Notes: a model not told the origin generated them from the letters alone. A DNA stretch of 32,000 bases from Candidatus Brocadia sp. (GCA_021650915.1 CP091279.1:2580001-2612000); one strand, 5' to 3'. Counted from the stretch's first letter, positions 1 to 9,320 are shown. A program made the numbers and translations.

Positions 1-357
1 CGGTGGACCTTTGCATTTGTGGTGGGTCTTGGGGCGGGGGTAAGCATTCCACGAGTCATCTCAGCATTCATCCTCGAACAGATCAAACCTTCCTTACAGC
101 CCGTCTTTTCATCAGGCGAAACGGTATTCTCCAGCATCAACACGCTCCTGATCATGCTGGGGGTTATCTCGGTGCTTATCTATTTTATCTTCTCCGTCGA
201 ACACAAAGGCGCGATTGGAAAGATATCAAAGATTGGCATCTGGTTCCTCATGATCTCCTTCGGCGCATCCTTCGGCTATACGGTCATGGGCAGGTTATCG
301 TTACTCATCGGCAGAATTCAGTTTTTGCTCAGGGATTGGCTGGGGATTTTGCAATAA
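1..357 (+). CDS. hypothetical integral membrane protein, C-terminal part (open at window start)
   Basis: The frame is open from nt 1 (RWTFAFVVGLGAG...) to TAA at 355-357. It has long hydrophobic runs (NTLLIMLGVISVLIYFIF, IGIWFLMISFGASFGYTVMG). No family recognised by eye. Confidence 0.45.
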   Translation, partial: RWTFAFVVGLGAGVSIPRVISAFILEQIKPSLQPVFSSGETVFSSINTLLIMLGVISVLIYFIFSVEHKGAIGKISKIGIWFLMISFGASFGYTVMGRLSLLIGRIQFLLRDWLGILQ

Positions 358-374
358 CGATAAAATTCGTACGG

Positions 375-447
375 GTAGGGGCGAAGCATTTGCCACACCA
401 TTTAATTTGCGTTCCGGCTCTTGACACGGCAAATGCTTCGCCCCTAC
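375..447. repeat. long REP-like hairpin: perfect 20-bp arms GTAGGGGCGAAGCATTTGCC / GGCAAATGCTTCGCCCCTAC around a 33-nt loop
   Basis: The arms at 375-394 and 428-447 are exact reverse complements. They share the GTAGGGGC...GCCCCTAC termini of the shorter REPs elsewhere in the window. The element lies 18 nt after the upstream stop codon. Confidence 0.85.
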
Positions 448-478
448 AACAATTTTGTTGTCGGAAAGGGAAGAATAA

Positions 479-541
479 ATGCCACGTATCTTCGATAACA
501 TAGGGCAACAACTCCTCCCTGCGCGGCTGGAAGCAACTTGA
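479..541 (+). pseudogene. orphaned 5' end of the PLD-SNF2 helicase gene, out of frame with the main ORF
   Basis: ATG at 479 follows GGAAAGGGAAG and encodes MPRIFDNIGQQLLPA before hitting TGA at 539-541. The main helicase frame is open from 504 and reads ..SLRGWKQLDKYIEQWNGGEGNSCRLLVGM(600). From memory, intact family members start MPxIFDNI..LLPAL, then about 20 aa, then DFCVGYFNLRGW. A short deletion near 519-524 therefore seems to have removed codons and shifted the frame. Confidence 0.55.
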
Positions 542-599
542 CAAATACATCGAACAATGGAATGGCGGCGAAGGAAATTCCTGCAGGCTCCTTGTTGGC

Positions 600-3500
600 A
601 TGCAGAAGCCTCCCCATGAACAATTAAGGCAGTTCTACAGCCTCCTTCCCCAGGATGATGCCATAAGCAATCAGGTTATTCTTCGCCTCAAGAAAAAACT
701 GGCTGAGGATTTTCGAAATCAGCTTACTCTTGGCGCGCCAACGGATGAAGACGAAGCAGGCCTTCGCCGCCTTGCCTCTCAACTGAAAGCAGGAAAGGTC
801 GTTGTTAAACTCTTTCTTAAACATCCGCTCCACGCCAAACTTTATCTCTGTTTCAGGCAGGATACGATCAATCCTATCATCGGCTATCTCGGTTCAAGCA
901 ATCTCACCCTTGCAGGGCTATCTCAGCAAGGTGAACTGAATGTGGACGTCCTTGACCACGACGCTGCGCAAAAACTTGCAAAATGGTTTGAAGACCGCTG
1001 GAATGACCGCTGTTGCGTGGATATAACGAATGAACTGATTAGGGCCATAGAAGAGAGCTGGGCAAGAGAAGAGGCATTGTGCCCTTACTGGATTTACATC
1101 AAAATGGCGTATCACCTTGCTGAGGAGGCAAGGGCAGGATTGTCTGAATTTGAGATTCCCCGCGATATGCGCAATATACTCCTTGAGTTCCAATCTGCCG
1201 CCGTTCGTATCGCTGCGCGCCATCTTGAAAAACGGGGCGGGGTTATCCTTGGCGATGTCGTTGGATTAGGAAAGACCCTTATGGCAACAACGCTTGCCAG
1301 AGTCTTTCAGGAGCCGCCTCATCTGCTTGAGACACTGATTCTCTGCCCTAAAAATCTTGTCTCCATGTGGGAGGGTTATGTGCATCGCTACCGGCTGATT
1401 GCAAAAGTTGTGTCAATCACCCAGGCACAAAATATCCTCCCAGAACTCCGCCGCTACCGGCTGGTAATCATTGATGAAAGCCATAATCTCCGCAACCGCG
1501 AAGGCAGACGGTGGGCAGTAATCAGAGACTATATTGAAAGAAATACGAGCAAATCTATCCTCTTATCCGCAACACCCTATAATAAGGTTTATCTTGACCT
1601 TGCCAACCAGTTGAGGCTGTTTCTTCATGCGGATGATACCATCGGCTTTCGTCCGGAGGAATACCTTCGCCGTGAGTGCGGTGGCAGGGTGGATGAATTT
1701 ACAAGGCGGCATCAGTGCCCTGTCAACTGCCTGTCTGCCTTTGAAAAGAGCGGATATTCAAATGACTGGCGGGAACTCATGCGCCTGTTTATGGTGCGCA
1801 GAACACGAAGTTTTGTGGAAAGAAATTATGCATATACTGAATGTCAGGCTTGCAACGCTATTCTTACGCCAACTCAGAATAATTGTCCTTCATGCGGACG
1901 AATTAAGTCCAAAGACGACAAAAGGTTTTTAATTCTTGAAGGCGATGTCCGTTTTTATTTTCCCAAGAGGTCTCCCAGGACGCTTTCCTTCGACTGTAGT
2001 GATAAAGACACTCATGACCAGTTTGCCCGTCTTTACTCAGACAGGGTCGTGAATATTATGAGAGACCTTCATCTGCCTCGTTACGGACTCGGGAACTATC
2101 TAAAACCAATGCCGGACAGCCCGCCGACACCAGAAGAAGACAGAGAGATGAGAAATCTTTCACGGGCGGGGAAAAGACTCATCGGGTTCTGCAGAACAAA
2201 TCTTTTCAAAAGACTTGAAAGCAGTGGAAATTCCTTTCTCCTCTCTGTCCGGCGGCACATACTGCGCAATCATATTTATCTTCACGCCATTAAAAACGGA
2301 CTGCCTTTGCCTGTCGGGACACAGGATTCGGCGTTATTTGACACCAGAAATGATGACGGGGATAGCGAGGATTTGCCCTGCGGAACAGAGCAAAGGGGCG
2401 CAAACAGACCTAACGAGCTGACGGCAAATTCACTTCATGAGTTTGCTCAGGTAGCCGCATCTGATTACGCATTGCTTACGACACGATATGCAAATAATTT
2501 TACCTGGTTAAGGGCAAATTTATTTATCGATGACCTTGCCAAACATTTAAAAGAAGATGCAAGCCGGCTCTTTGAGATTTTAAGCATTGCCGCCCAGTGG
2601 CAGCCGGAGAAAGACAATAAACTCAAGGCGCTTTATAATCTTCTTACACAAAGGCATCCTGATGAAAAGGCGCTGGTATTCTCACAGTTTTCGGATACTG
2701 TGGAATATTTGAATGAAAAGCTTCAAGACCTGGGTATAAAAAAGATTGCCGCTGTTACCGGAGATACAGAGAATCCGGCATCCTATGTTAAAAAATTCAG
2801 TCCTGTAAGCAACGACGCAAGGGATGAAATTCCCCCATCAGAAGAATTGAGGGTGCTTATTTCCACCGATGTATTGAGCGAAGGGCAAAATCTTCAGGAT
2901 GCTCACATTATCGTGAACTATGACTTGCCCTGGGCAATAATCCGTCTTGTTCAACGGGCAGGCCGTGTGGATAGAATCGGCCAGAAGTCAAAAGAAGTTC
3001 TCTGCCATACCTTTTTGCCTGCAGAAGGTGTTGAGCATCTTATCAGGCTGCGTTCAAGGATTCGCCATCGGTTACAGGAAAATGCCGAGGTAATCGGAAC
3101 CGATGAGGCATTCTTTGAAGACGAACAACATGACAATGTTATACGCGATCTCTTTACCGAAAGGGCAGACATGCTGAATGACCCTGAAGACGAGGAGGTT
3201 GACCTCGCCTCGCTTGCATACCAGATATGGAAGAATGCCGGTGACGTTAATCCTGAACTCAAAAAGATAATTCCTGATTTGCCCAATGTTGTGTTTTCCA
3301 CCAAACCAGTATCAGACGAAAAAACAACGGGTGTTATGGTGTATGTCCGCACTGCTGATGGAAATGACGCCCTTGCATGGCTCGATGAAGATGGCACGGT
3401 GGTAACTGAGGCGCAGCACGAAATCCTTACTGCCGCTGCCTGTGAGCCTGACACCCCTGCGCTGCAAAGGCTTGAAAATCATCACAAACTTGTCCGGAAG

Positions 3501-3851
3501 GCGGTAGAGGGCATTCAGAAAGAGCACCCCTTAACGGGCGGACAGCTTGGCAGACCCTCAAGCGCCCGCCGCCGCGCCTATGAAAGGCTGAAGGATTATG
3601 CTGAAAGGATAAGCGGCTCTCTGTTTGATAGAAAATCACTGCATTCAGCCATAGGCGCAATTTATGAACAGTCCCTCACGGAATATGCAAGGGACATTAT
3701 TAATAGAGAACTCCGCACGGGCATCTCAGATGAAAAATTTGCAGAGATCATAATCTCTCTTTATGAGGAGGGGCGACTCTGCGCGCCAAAGGAAGAGACC
3801 GGCAGCAATGAACCTCAGATTATCTGTTCACTGGGCATCAGGAGGGGATAG
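600..3851 (+). CDS. PLD(HKD)-nuclease-domain / SNF2-family helicase (5'-truncated relative to family)
   Basis: HKD motif HPLHAKLYL...GYLGSSNLTLAGL. Helicase motifs GDVVGLGKTLMA (I), LVIIDESHNLRN (II, DExH), LLSATPYNK (III) and QNLQDAHIIVNYDLPWAIIRLVQRAGRVDRIGQ (V-VI). A CxxC...CxxC insert (ECQACN..NCPSCG) lies at about 1842-1898. The stop TAG at 3849-3851 is 2 nt before the methyltransferase GTG. Confidence 0.9.
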   Translation: MQKPPHEQLRQFYSLLPQDDAISNQVILRLKKKLAEDFRNQLTLGAPTDEDEAGLRRLASQLKAGKVVVKLFLKHPLHAKLYLCFRQDTINPIIGYLGSSNLTLAGLSQQGELNVDVLDHDAAQKLAKWFEDRWNDRCCVDITNELIRAIEESWAREEALCPYWIYIKMAYHLAEEARAGLSEFEIPRDMRNILLEFQSAAVRIAARHLEKRGGVILGDVVGLGKTLMATTLARVFQEPPHLLETLILCPKNLVSMWEGYVHRYRLIAKVVSITQAQNILPELRRYRLVIIDESHNLRNREGRRWAVIRDYIERNTSKSILLSATPYNKVYLDLANQLRLFLHADDTIGFRPEEYLRRECGGRVDEFTRRHQCPVNCLSAFEKSGYSNDWRELMRLFMVRRTRSFVERNYAYTECQACNAILTPTQNNCPSCGRIKSKDDKRFLILEGDVRFYFPKRSPRTLSFDCSDKDTHDQFARLYSDRVVNIMRDLHLPRYGLGNYLKPMPDSPPTPEEDREMRNLSRAGKRLIGFCRTNLFKRLESSGNSFLLSVRRHILRNHIYLHAIKNGLPLPVGTQDSALFDTRNDDGDSEDLPCGTEQRGANRPNELTANSLHEFAQVAASDYALLTTRYANNFTWLRANLFIDDLAKHLKEDASRLFEILSIAAQWQPEKDNKLKALYNLLTQRHPDEKALVFSQFSDTVEYLNEKLQDLGIKKIAAVTGDTENPASYVKKFSPVSNDARDEIPPSEELRVLISTDVLSEGQNLQDAHIIVNYDLPWAIIRLVQRAGRVDRIGQKSKEVLCHTFLPAEGVEHLIRLRSRIRHRLQENAEVIGTDEAFFEDEQHDNVIRDLFTERADMLNDPEDEEVDLASLAYQIWKNAGDVNPELKKIIPDLPNVVFSTKPVSDEKTTGVMVYVRTADGNDALAWLDEDGTVVTEAQHEILTAAACEPDTPALQRLENHHKLVRKAVEGIQKEHPLTGGQLGRPSSARRRAYERLKDYAERISGSLFDRKSLHSAIGAIYEQSLTEYARDIINRELRTGISDEKFAEIIISLYEEGRLCAPKEETGSNEPQIICSLGIRRG

Positions 3852-3853
3852 CC

Positions 3854-5005
3854 GTGCCTTTTGAGATTGCCCGCGCAAGACCGCTCCTTCAAAAGGCAGA
3901 GTTGGCAAAGTTGTTTTGTGAAGAACTCGGCTGGGAGTCATGCCGTAACAGCATTGAAATCCGTATTAATGAGTCTGATTATACCCTCAATGCCCTTGCT
4001 GAAAAGAAGGGCTTTGTTGCCTGGATTTATACAAGCCCTGACAACACCCTGCCAGACCACAACACCCGCCTGAAACTCGACCGCAAACTCTCTGAAACAA
4101 GCTTTGAGCACCTCATTGTCTTTAGAACCAATGACCAAGCAAGGCAGTCATGGATGTGGGTAAGAAGGGAGGCAGGACGCCCCCTTCGTGCCCGCACGTA
4201 TGAATATCAACGAGGGCAAGCGGGTGATGCATTGCTCCAGAAGATTCAGCGCCTTTATATCTCACTTGAGGAGGAAGAATCGGGCATCTCCATTACTCAA
4301 GTCTCAGGCCGCGCAAGAGCAGCCTTTGATGTTGAACGAATAACAAGGCGGTTTTATGAAAGGTTTCAAAGAGAGCATGCTGCATTCCTTAATTTTATCA
4401 AGGGCATTCCAGTTGAAGAAGACAGGGCATGGTATGCCTCAGTGATGCTCAACAGGCTCATGTTCCTGTATTTCGTACAGAAAAAGGGCTTCCTTGATGG
4501 AGACCCAAACTACCTCCGCAACCGCCTGAAGGCCATGCAGGAAAGGCACGGCAGAGACAAATTCTATTCCTTTTATCGCTATTTCCTCCTCCGTCTATTT
4601 CACGAAGGGCTTGGCAAAATAAAACACCCACATGAACTTGAGTCTCTGATCGGCAAGGTTCCTTACATAAACGGCGGAATCTTTGATGTGCATGCTATTG
4701 AAGAAAATTACGGGAAGGATATTCAAATCCCTGATAATGCCTTTGAAGCCATATTTGACTACTTTGATGAATACGATTGGGCGCTCGACCCTGAGCGGTC
4801 TCAAAGAAACTCCACAGACAGAGAAGAGATCAACCCTGATGTCCTCGGCTACATCTTTGAAAAGTATATCAACCAAAAGCAGATGGGCGCATACTACACC
4901 AAAGAGGACATCACAGAATATATTAGCAAAAATACCATTATCCCGTTTCTCTTCAACGCGGCACGGCAAAAGTGCCGGATTGCATTCGAGGGAGGCGTGC
5001 CTTGA
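3854..5005 (+). CDS. N6-adenine DNA methyltransferase (Eco57I/type IIG-like), N-terminal part = exon 1 (true exon end about 4996)
   Basis: Family-typical motifs are present: VERITRRFYERFQREHAAFLNFIKGI, DRAWYASVMLNRLMFLYFVQKKGFLDGDPNYLRNRL, MGAYYTKEDITEYISKNTIIPFLF. The ORF's terminal VP* codons are intron sequence. Confidence 0.8.
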   Translation: MPFEIARARPLLQKAELAKLFCEELGWESCRNSIEIRINESDYTLNALAEKKGFVAWIYTSPDNTLPDHNTRLKLDRKLSETSFEHLIVFRTNDQARQSWMWVRREAGRPLRARTYEYQRGQAGDALLQKIQRLYISLEEEESGISITQVSGRARAAFDVERITRRFYERFQREHAAFLNFIKGIPVEEDRAWYASVMLNRLMFLYFVQKKGFLDGDPNYLRNRLKAMQERHGRDKFYSFYRYFLLRLFHEGLGKIKHPHELESLIGKVPYINGGIFDVHAIEENYGKDIQIPDNAFEAIFDYFDEYDWALDPERSQRNSTDREEINPDVLGYIFEKYINQKQMGAYYTKEDITEYISKNTIIPFLFNAARQKCRIAFEGGVP

Positions 5006-7001
5006 AGTATGGGATACCTAAGTGGTTGAAAATATCACCTCTGCGAGCCTAAATCCTCGTAGAGAAGTTTGTACCTATGCGTATACAAAGGAGCAATCCG
5101 TATGCGTAGAAGGATAGCGTATTCCCGTGAGGGGTATGACGGAGTACGAGGTACAGACGACCTTTTGGGGTGTATGAGTATGGCGTGTTAGTTCGTGCCA
5201 ACTGCCCTTTCTCAGTGAAGCACTGACAATGTCCTTGTTGGAGATGTCAAAAGAGACCTGGTGAAAACATCTCTGGATAATGCGTTTGAACATACATCAC
5301 GAAGGGAAAAGGGGTAATCCATATGACCGGGGGAGGACTTACGTCTTGGGAAGAAATTCCCTAACAGCGAGGTATAAGGGAAATCCGAAATCCAAGCTGT
5401 ATGAGATGGTGACGGACGACTGGCTCTCACAGGTCTGTCTTTGAAGTCGTCAGCAGTGCTCATAATAGTTTCTGGTGTAAGCCAGGAATGAAGGGGCATA
5501 ACCGTAGTGGAGTTGATGAAACGTGGTAGATTGAATACGTTCCATGAGAAAAGAGACTCTTTGCATGGGCAAGTAGTAGCAAGAGACTCTCTTGTTTTGC
5601 CTCTGTCAGGAGGAATCTCGACTCAGGAAACACGATTGACAAGTCTATTATCCGGAATCAATCAAAAGGAACATATCGGGAGATGCTTAAGTATCATTCT
5701 TTAAGAGACAAGGTATTCAGTCTGAGAAACCTTTATGCGGCTTTTGGGCACGTAAAGAAGAATAAAGGCAAGGCTGGTCTCGACAGGGTAAGTATTAAGC
5801 AGTTTGAAAGTGACCTTAAGAATAATCTACAAGCTATTCACAAGGAACTGAAAACCGCCATATACAACCCTGCACCCGTCTTAAGGGTCTACATTCCCAA
5901 AGGCAGGCATGACAAGAGACCTCTTGGCATTCCCATTGTTAAGGACAGGGTAGTACAGCAAGCGTTCAGACAAATCATAGAGCCAATATTCGAGAAAGAA
6001 TTCTCAGATAACAGCTTTGGATTTCGTCCAAACAGATGCTGTCATGATGCTATCAAACGGATTGAACAGTATAAGCAGCAAGGGTATCGGAACATTTTGG
6101 ACGCCGATATAAAGGCGTTCTATGACACCATACCTCACAAGCTTATCATGAACTCCTTGCGTGAGAAAATCGCTGACGGATGGGTTTTGAACAGTATCGA
6201 GAACATGCTCAAGGCAGGGGTCATGGAGAACGGCATCGTGCACGAGACAAATCAAGGCACTCCGCAAGGAGGCGTCATATCCCCCTTGCTTGCAAACCTT
6301 ATCGGTGACATCATCGACAAGGAGCTTGAAAAGGCAGGATATAAATTTGTCCGCTATGCCGATGACTTCATTGTCATGACTAAAACAAAAGAAGAACTCC
6401 CTACCGCCCTTCAGTACGTCAAAGAAATCATCGAAGGGAAACTTGAAATGAAGCTGAGCGAGGATAAAACCAGGCTCACCAACTTCAAACGAGGCTTCCG
6501 GTTTCTCGGATATAATTTCATGGGCAAGAACAAGGGTGTAAGCATGAAATCCCTGGACAAACTCAAGGACGCCGTTAGAGACATCACCAAACGCACACAA
6601 GGCGTCAACCTGCAAGCCGTCATTGATACATTAAATCCTGTCATAAGGGGACATGTCAACTATTTTCGGCTGGGCAATGTACAAACGGTATATCGCTCGT
6701 TAGACTGCTGGGTACGCATGAGACTGAGAAGTTTCAAGTTTTCGAGAAAATGGAAAACTGACAACAAACGTTTCCCGGTACACCGATTCTTTAAGATGGG
6801 GTTACTCTCATTTGAAAGAGAATTTCTTAAGGCACGTGCGAAGGCATGATAGTTTACTTTTCTCTGCTCCAGAGCAACACTATGGGGTCGCTAACTACGG
6901 GAAAGCCGTATGGTTTAAAAGGATACTTTGTCACGTTGTCCAAAGTATCTGGCGACGATTGGGGGTTGGAGGCGGTTCGCCTCCTTCCTACCAGCTAACA
7001 C
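4997..7001 (+). mobile_element. group II intron inserted in the methyltransferase ORF, sense orientation (boundaries +/- a few nt)
   Basis: Exon-1 frame ends ..CRIAFEGG. The exon-2 frame opens at 6999 with (H)SIWRLLQMSPDRYIY, and joining 4996 to 7002 gives one continuous ORF. The element starts GTGCC (GUGYG-like), ends AC, and has an RT/maturase ORF in the domain IV position. AGCCGTAT at 6904-6911 matches the 5' half of domain V. The terminal hairpin at 6961-6992 (GGGGGTTGGAGGCG-GTT-CGCCTCCTTCCT[A]CC) has a bulged A at 6990 like a domain VI branch point. I could not fold a canonical domain V by eye. Confidence 0.75.
5683..6849 (+). CDS. group II intron reverse transcriptase/maturase (no En domain)
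   Basis: RT motifs RPLGIPIVKDRVVQQA, ILDADIKAFYDTIPH, GTPQGGVISPLLANL and VRYADDFIVM (YADD). Maturase/X region LNPVIRGHVNYFRLGN. The 388-aa protein has no HNH tail. GGGAG lies just upstream of the ATG. Confidence 0.92.
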   Translation: MLKYHSLRDKVFSLRNLYAAFGHVKKNKGKAGLDRVSIKQFESDLKNNLQAIHKELKTAIYNPAPVLRVYIPKGRHDKRPLGIPIVKDRVVQQAFRQIIEPIFEKEFSDNSFGFRPNRCCHDAIKRIEQYKQQGYRNILDADIKAFYDTIPHKLIMNSLREKIADGWVLNSIENMLKAGVMENGIVHETNQGTPQGGVISPLLANLIGDIIDKELEKAGYKFVRYADDFIVMTKTKEELPTALQYVKEIIEGKLEMKLSEDKTRLTNFKRGFRFLGYNFMGKNKGVSMKSLDKLKDAVRDITKRTQGVNLQAVIDTLNPVIRGHVNYFRLGNVQTVYRSLDCWVRMRLRSFKFSRKWKTDNKRFPVHRFFKMGLLSFEREFLKARAKA

Positions 7002-7097
7002 TCCATCTGGCGTCTCTTGCAAATGTCCCCCGATCGTTATATATATCCGGCGGTGAAACATGGCATTGTGCAAAACGATATTGTCAAACCCGTCGTT

Positions 7098-7126
7098 GTA
7101 GGGGCGGGTTTGAAACCCGCCCCTAC
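7098..7126. repeat. REP element GTAGGGGCGGGTTTGAAACCCGCCCCTAC inside the methyltransferase CDS
   Basis: This is a perfect 29-nt palindrome. In the CDS frame it is read as VGAGLKPAPT. Confidence 0.9.
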
Positions 7127-7550
7127 CAGACATTTGCCGCCGGAAATTGCCGCTGGTTTGCACGATGTCTCCAAACGCACTGAATGGAATAAACCGGCGC
7201 CACCAGAATATGCCCTACCCACAGAAATCTGGCGCGAGGTAGTGGCTAGGCGCAAACGTTATGAAGAAGTCCGCAGGAAACTTGAATCCGGAGAGGTTCG
7301 TGATATTAACGACCTTATCACCTTTAATCTTGACATAAGGCAGTTTGCACAGGATGTAATCTCAAATTGTGAAGGGCCTGACCTCTTAAGGGCATTTTGG
7401 AATGTCATAAAAGACATTTCCATCCTTGACCCAACCTGCGGCTCCGGGGCATTTTTGTTCGCAGCCCTTAACATACTTGAACCGCTCTATGAAGCCTGCC
7501 TTGACCGTATGGAAGAGATGCTTGAAGACGAATCGGCAAAACATAATATC

Positions 7551-7578
7551 GTAGGGGCAATTCATGAATCGCCCTTAC
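7551..7578. repeat. REP-like variant GTAGGGGCAATTCATGAATCGCCCTTAC inside the methyltransferase CDS
   Basis: It is an imperfect palindrome with the same GTAGGGGC head and a CCCTTAC tail, read in frame as VGAIHESPLR. It falls in a stretch that looks like an insertion relative to my memory of the family. Confidence 0.6.
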
Positions 7579-7781
7579 GGCATACCCCTCACGGCTATCC
7601 TTTATTGCCGCATAGAAAATTGGAAGATTTCTCACATACCCTTGAGCAGGTAGCACACCACCCAAATAAGCAATACTTCATTTACAAAGGCATAATCCTC
7701 AACAATCTTTACGGCGTGGACGTCATGGAAGAGGCAGTGGAAATCTGCAAACTGAGGCTCTTCCTCAAACTCGCTGCCTAG

Positions 7782-9290
7782 GTTGATCCTGATACTTCTA
7801 AACCCAATTTCGGCATTGAGCCATTGCCTGACATTGATTTCAATATTCGCGCTGGGAATACGCTGGTGGGGTTTACCGCCCTGGAGCAAATAAAAAAGGC
7901 TATTACGACTGAAAAACACGGTCAAGCGCCCCAAAAAAGATTGTTGCAACAGGAAGATTTAGACACGATGAAACGGATTGAAGAAAAGGCGCAGGACATC
8001 GACAGTTTGTTTGCCCTGTTTCGCCAGCAGCAGACAGAGTTGGGAGGTGAAGTGACGACCGCCGACAAGCAGGAATTAAGGAAACGGTTGAAGGCGCTGG
8101 AGGACGAACTCAACCGATACCTTGCCTCAGAGTATGGGATAAGCCAGAACCATTTCAAGAGCAAACCGCCGTATGAAAAAAAGTTTTCAGAATGGCTTGC
8201 CTCACATAAACCGTTCCATTGGTTTATCGAATTTCACGCTATTATGAAGAATGGCGGGTTTGATGTGATTATCGGGAATCCGCCGTATGTGAAGTATAGT
8301 AAAGTTAAAGATGATTATACTATCAAAGGTTATAAGACAGAAAATTGTGGAAATCTCTATGCATTTGTTATGGAGAGATCGCTATCTCTTATTAGAAAAC
8401 AAGGACGATGTGGTTTGATAATTCCTATTGCTTCAGTATCTACAAATGGCATGAGTGAGTTGCAGCAATTATATGATGATTATATACAATGGCATAGCCA
8501 CTATGCTACCAGACCAGGAAAACTGTTTATGGGCGTTGATATGAATCTTACTATTAGTTTGTTAACGCATTTTGATAAGCATAAACACTGCACATCCTAT
8601 AGTACATTTTATTATCGTTGGTCAAATGGAACTATTACGGATAGAGATTCTTTATTCCAAAGACTTCAATATATAGAATTACCAAGTAATGTTAAACTTG
8701 CTAACAAGTATCCAAAGTTAGGCTCATCTGTTGAATTAAAAATAATACGCCAAATGTTAAGCAAGGGACAAAAAATTGAAAACTATTACGATAGAAATGG
8801 TAAAATTTTATATTATCACTCAGGTGGAAGATATTGGCGAAAGGCTCTTCCTCAAAAGCTATCATCACATTATAAACCTGTTACCATTTCAGAGAAAACC
8901 TTTGAAGCATGTTTTTGCTTGCTTAATAGCCAGCTTTTCTATTGGTATTGGATAATAAATTCCAATTGCATGGATGTCGTTGAAAGGGAGGTTTTTAAAT
9001 TGCCAGTTTTCAATTTAACGGATGTTAATTCAGAAGACTTTTATAAGTTGATGAATGGTCTTTTGTCTCAATATTCTACAAGCACAACAATACGGCCACG
9101 TCGTGGTGAAATAATTAATACTGATGAGATAAATTTTGATGTTCAAAAGTCAAAACCAATCATTGACGAAATCGACCGTGTCCTTGCCAGGCATTACGGT
9201 TTCACGGATGATGAACTGGATTATATCATCAATTATGACATCAAATACCGTATGGGACGCGTTGCCCTGGAAAATGACGAATCATCGTGA
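7782..9290 (+). CDS. methyltransferase exon 2, second segment (catalytic NPPY motif + target-recognition region + conserved tail); no credible own start
   Basis: It continues in frame after the TAG. Motifs: DFNIRAGNTLVGF, FDVIIGNPPYVKY (NPPY at 8277-8288), and the C-terminal family tail GFTDDELDYIINYDIKYRMGR. The ORF-track start at 7824 is only an internal TTG. Confidence 0.8.
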   Translation, partial: VDPDTSKPNFGIEPLPDIDFNIRAGNTLVGFTALEQIKKAITTEKHGQAPQKRLLQQEDLDTMKRIEEKAQDIDSLFALFRQQQTELGGEVTTADKQELRKRLKALEDELNRYLASEYGISQNHFKSKPPYEKKFSEWLASHKPFHWFIEFHAIMKNGGFDVIIGNPPYVKYSKVKDDYTIKGYKTENCGNLYAFVMERSLSLIRKQGRCGLIIPIASVSTNGMSELQQLYDDYIQWHSHYATRPGKLFMGVDMNLTISLLTHFDKHKHCTSYSTFYYRWSNGTITDRDSLFQRLQYIELPSNVKLANKYPKLGSSVELKIIRQMLSKGQKIENYYDRNGKILYYHSGGRYWRKALPQKLSSHYKPVTISEKTFEACFCLLNSQLFYWYWIINSNCMDVVEREVFKLPVFNLTDVNSEDFYKLMNGLLSQYSTSTTIRPRRGEIINTDEINFDVQKSKPIIDEIDRVLARHYGFTDDELDYIINYDIKYRMGRVALENDESS

Positions 9291-9320
9291 TACGGCAATT
9301 GTGGATTAGATTGTTGATTT

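Larger units (their letters stand above)
7002..7781 (+). pseudogene. methyltransferase exon 2, first segment (to AdoMet motif I), ended by an in-frame TAG
   Basis: SIWRLLQMSPDRYIYPAVKHG...LPPEIAAGLHDVSKRTEWNKPAPPEYALPTEIWRE...ILDPTCGSGAFLFAAL (motif I, about 7424-7459)...AVEICKLRLFLKLAA then TAG at 7779-7781. The same frame continues as VDPDTSKPNFGIEPLPDIDFNIRAGNTLVG. The segment contains REP-type insertions at 7098-7126 and 7551-7578. Confidence 0.75.

Noticed and set aside
2951-3454. 167-aa minus-strand ORF inside the helicase; similarly 6004-6615 inside the RT and 25907-26470 inside the IS4-like transposase
   Set aside because: These are antisense shadows of well-supported genes, Ser/Arg-rich and with no recognisable motifs.
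5075-5704. Short ORFs (60-95 aa) between the methyltransferase exon 1 and the RT gene
   Set aside because: The region corresponds to intron domains I-III (structured RNA). The ORFs overlap each other on both strands and have no motifs.
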